Positions 57,251-57,972 of a stretch of 57,972 bases of DNA are shown in pieces (position 1 is the first letter of the stretch; every line of letters begins with the position of its first letter). Origin of the DNA: a virus (taxonomy: Duplodnaviria > Caudoviricetes); the IMG/VR virus record IMGVR_UViG_3300036985_006199, positions 1 through 57,972 of that record; one strand, written 5' to 3'. A model generated the notes under the pieces. That model ran no database searches. It was given only the letters and a program-made list of their open reading frames with translations, and had not been told where the DNA came from. Made by a program: the position numbers and the translations under genes.

Positions 57251-57972
57251 ATGTTCGGAAATCGTAGCGACTCCCTGCGGCTGGCGACCGACCCGATTGG
57301 GTGGCTCAAGGACACGTTGGCGCGGATCGGCCTAGAGGGGTTTGCGCGGCGATTCTACGGCATCTACCCCGGGGTGGTGGTGAGCAATGCGGACCCCGAG
57401 AACCGTGGCAGGATTCAGGCGCTGTGCCCGGCTGTGGGACTGAACACGGCGGACCAGATCGGTCAGAGCTGGTGGGCATACCCGTGCATGTCGGGGCTGA
57501 GCGTGGACCCGGACACGAAGCAGATGAGCGGGGTGTTCTACCCGCCGGAGGTGAACGGCCAGGTGTGGCTCATGTTCCAGCACGGCGACCCCGAGTTCCC
57601 GGTCTACATGGGCGGCTACATGGCGGCGGACAAGGCCAGCGACACGTTCGATGCGGAGACCGCGCTACGCAAGGGCATCCGCACGCGCTCGGGGCACTAC
57701 CTGCGCATGTCGGACGACCCCGAGGATCTGCACCTGATCCTGGGCAAGGGGGACGGCGCGGGAGAGGCGACCGCCGCCTTCCTCACCATTGACAAGGACG
57801 GGTCGACCCTGATCACGAACGAGCTGGGCAGCATGCTCTTCATGAACGCGACCACGCCGGAGACCAGCCTCATGACGGCCAACGACAAGGGCGAGGTCAC
57901 GGCGATGCTGATGCTGGGGGACGACAAGGTCACGCTGGCCACCAAGAGCGGTGGGGCCATCGGCATCGACGG
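57251..57972 (+). CDS. baseplate spike (gp5/VgrG-like OB-fold), truncated at the window end
   Basis: Not in the ORF track; translates MFGNRS...FYGIYPGVVVSNADPENRGRIQ...PPEVNGQVWLMFQHGDPEFPVYMG. Confidence 0.85.
   Translation, partial: MFGNRSDSLRLATDPIGWLKDTLARIGLEGFARRFYGIYPGVVVSNADPENRGRIQALCPAVGLNTADQIGQSWWAYPCMSGLSVDPDTKQMSGVFYPPEVNGQVWLMFQHGDPEFPVYMGGYMAADKASDTFDAETALRKGIRTRSGHYLRMSDDPEDLHLILGKGDGAGEATAAFLTIDKDGSTLITNELGSMLFMNATTPETSLMTANDKGEVTAMLMLGDDKVTLATKSGGAIGID

Noticed and set aside
1-57972. tRNA/rRNA genes, integrase, host assignment
   Set aside because: None was recognised by eye. High GC alone is not enough to name a host.

Overview
This window is a 58 kb segment of a large, high-GC, T4-superfamily-like myophage, almost entirely on the + strand. 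It opens with an early or regulatory block: a Bro-N protein, an SNF2/HARP helicase, and a stand-alone Cas7/RAMP-like protein followed by a ~950 bp non-coding array of GGH-NN pentamers grouped into ~20 units of about 49 nt. The morphogenesis operon follows: large terminase with 3 inteins, portal with 2 inteins, prohead protease/scaffold, gp23-like capsid, neck proteins, sheath, two tube proteins, a ~10 kb cluster of small proteins sharing an N-terminal M-R-x-L-I-E-like leader, an amidase, a minus-strand early-gene island, an IsrB (IS200/IS605 OMEGA) element, a frameshifted tail chaperone, tape measure and baseplate genes (truncated at the window end). The best candidate novel system is the RAMP gene plus pentamer array, probably a programmable RNA-guided system with a non-contiguous guide code. 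Other highlights are an endonuclease gene nested out of frame inside a terminase intein, a predicted -1 frameshift in a head gene, and a dispersed 20-bp palindrome. All calls come from motif reading by eye; no database searches were run.
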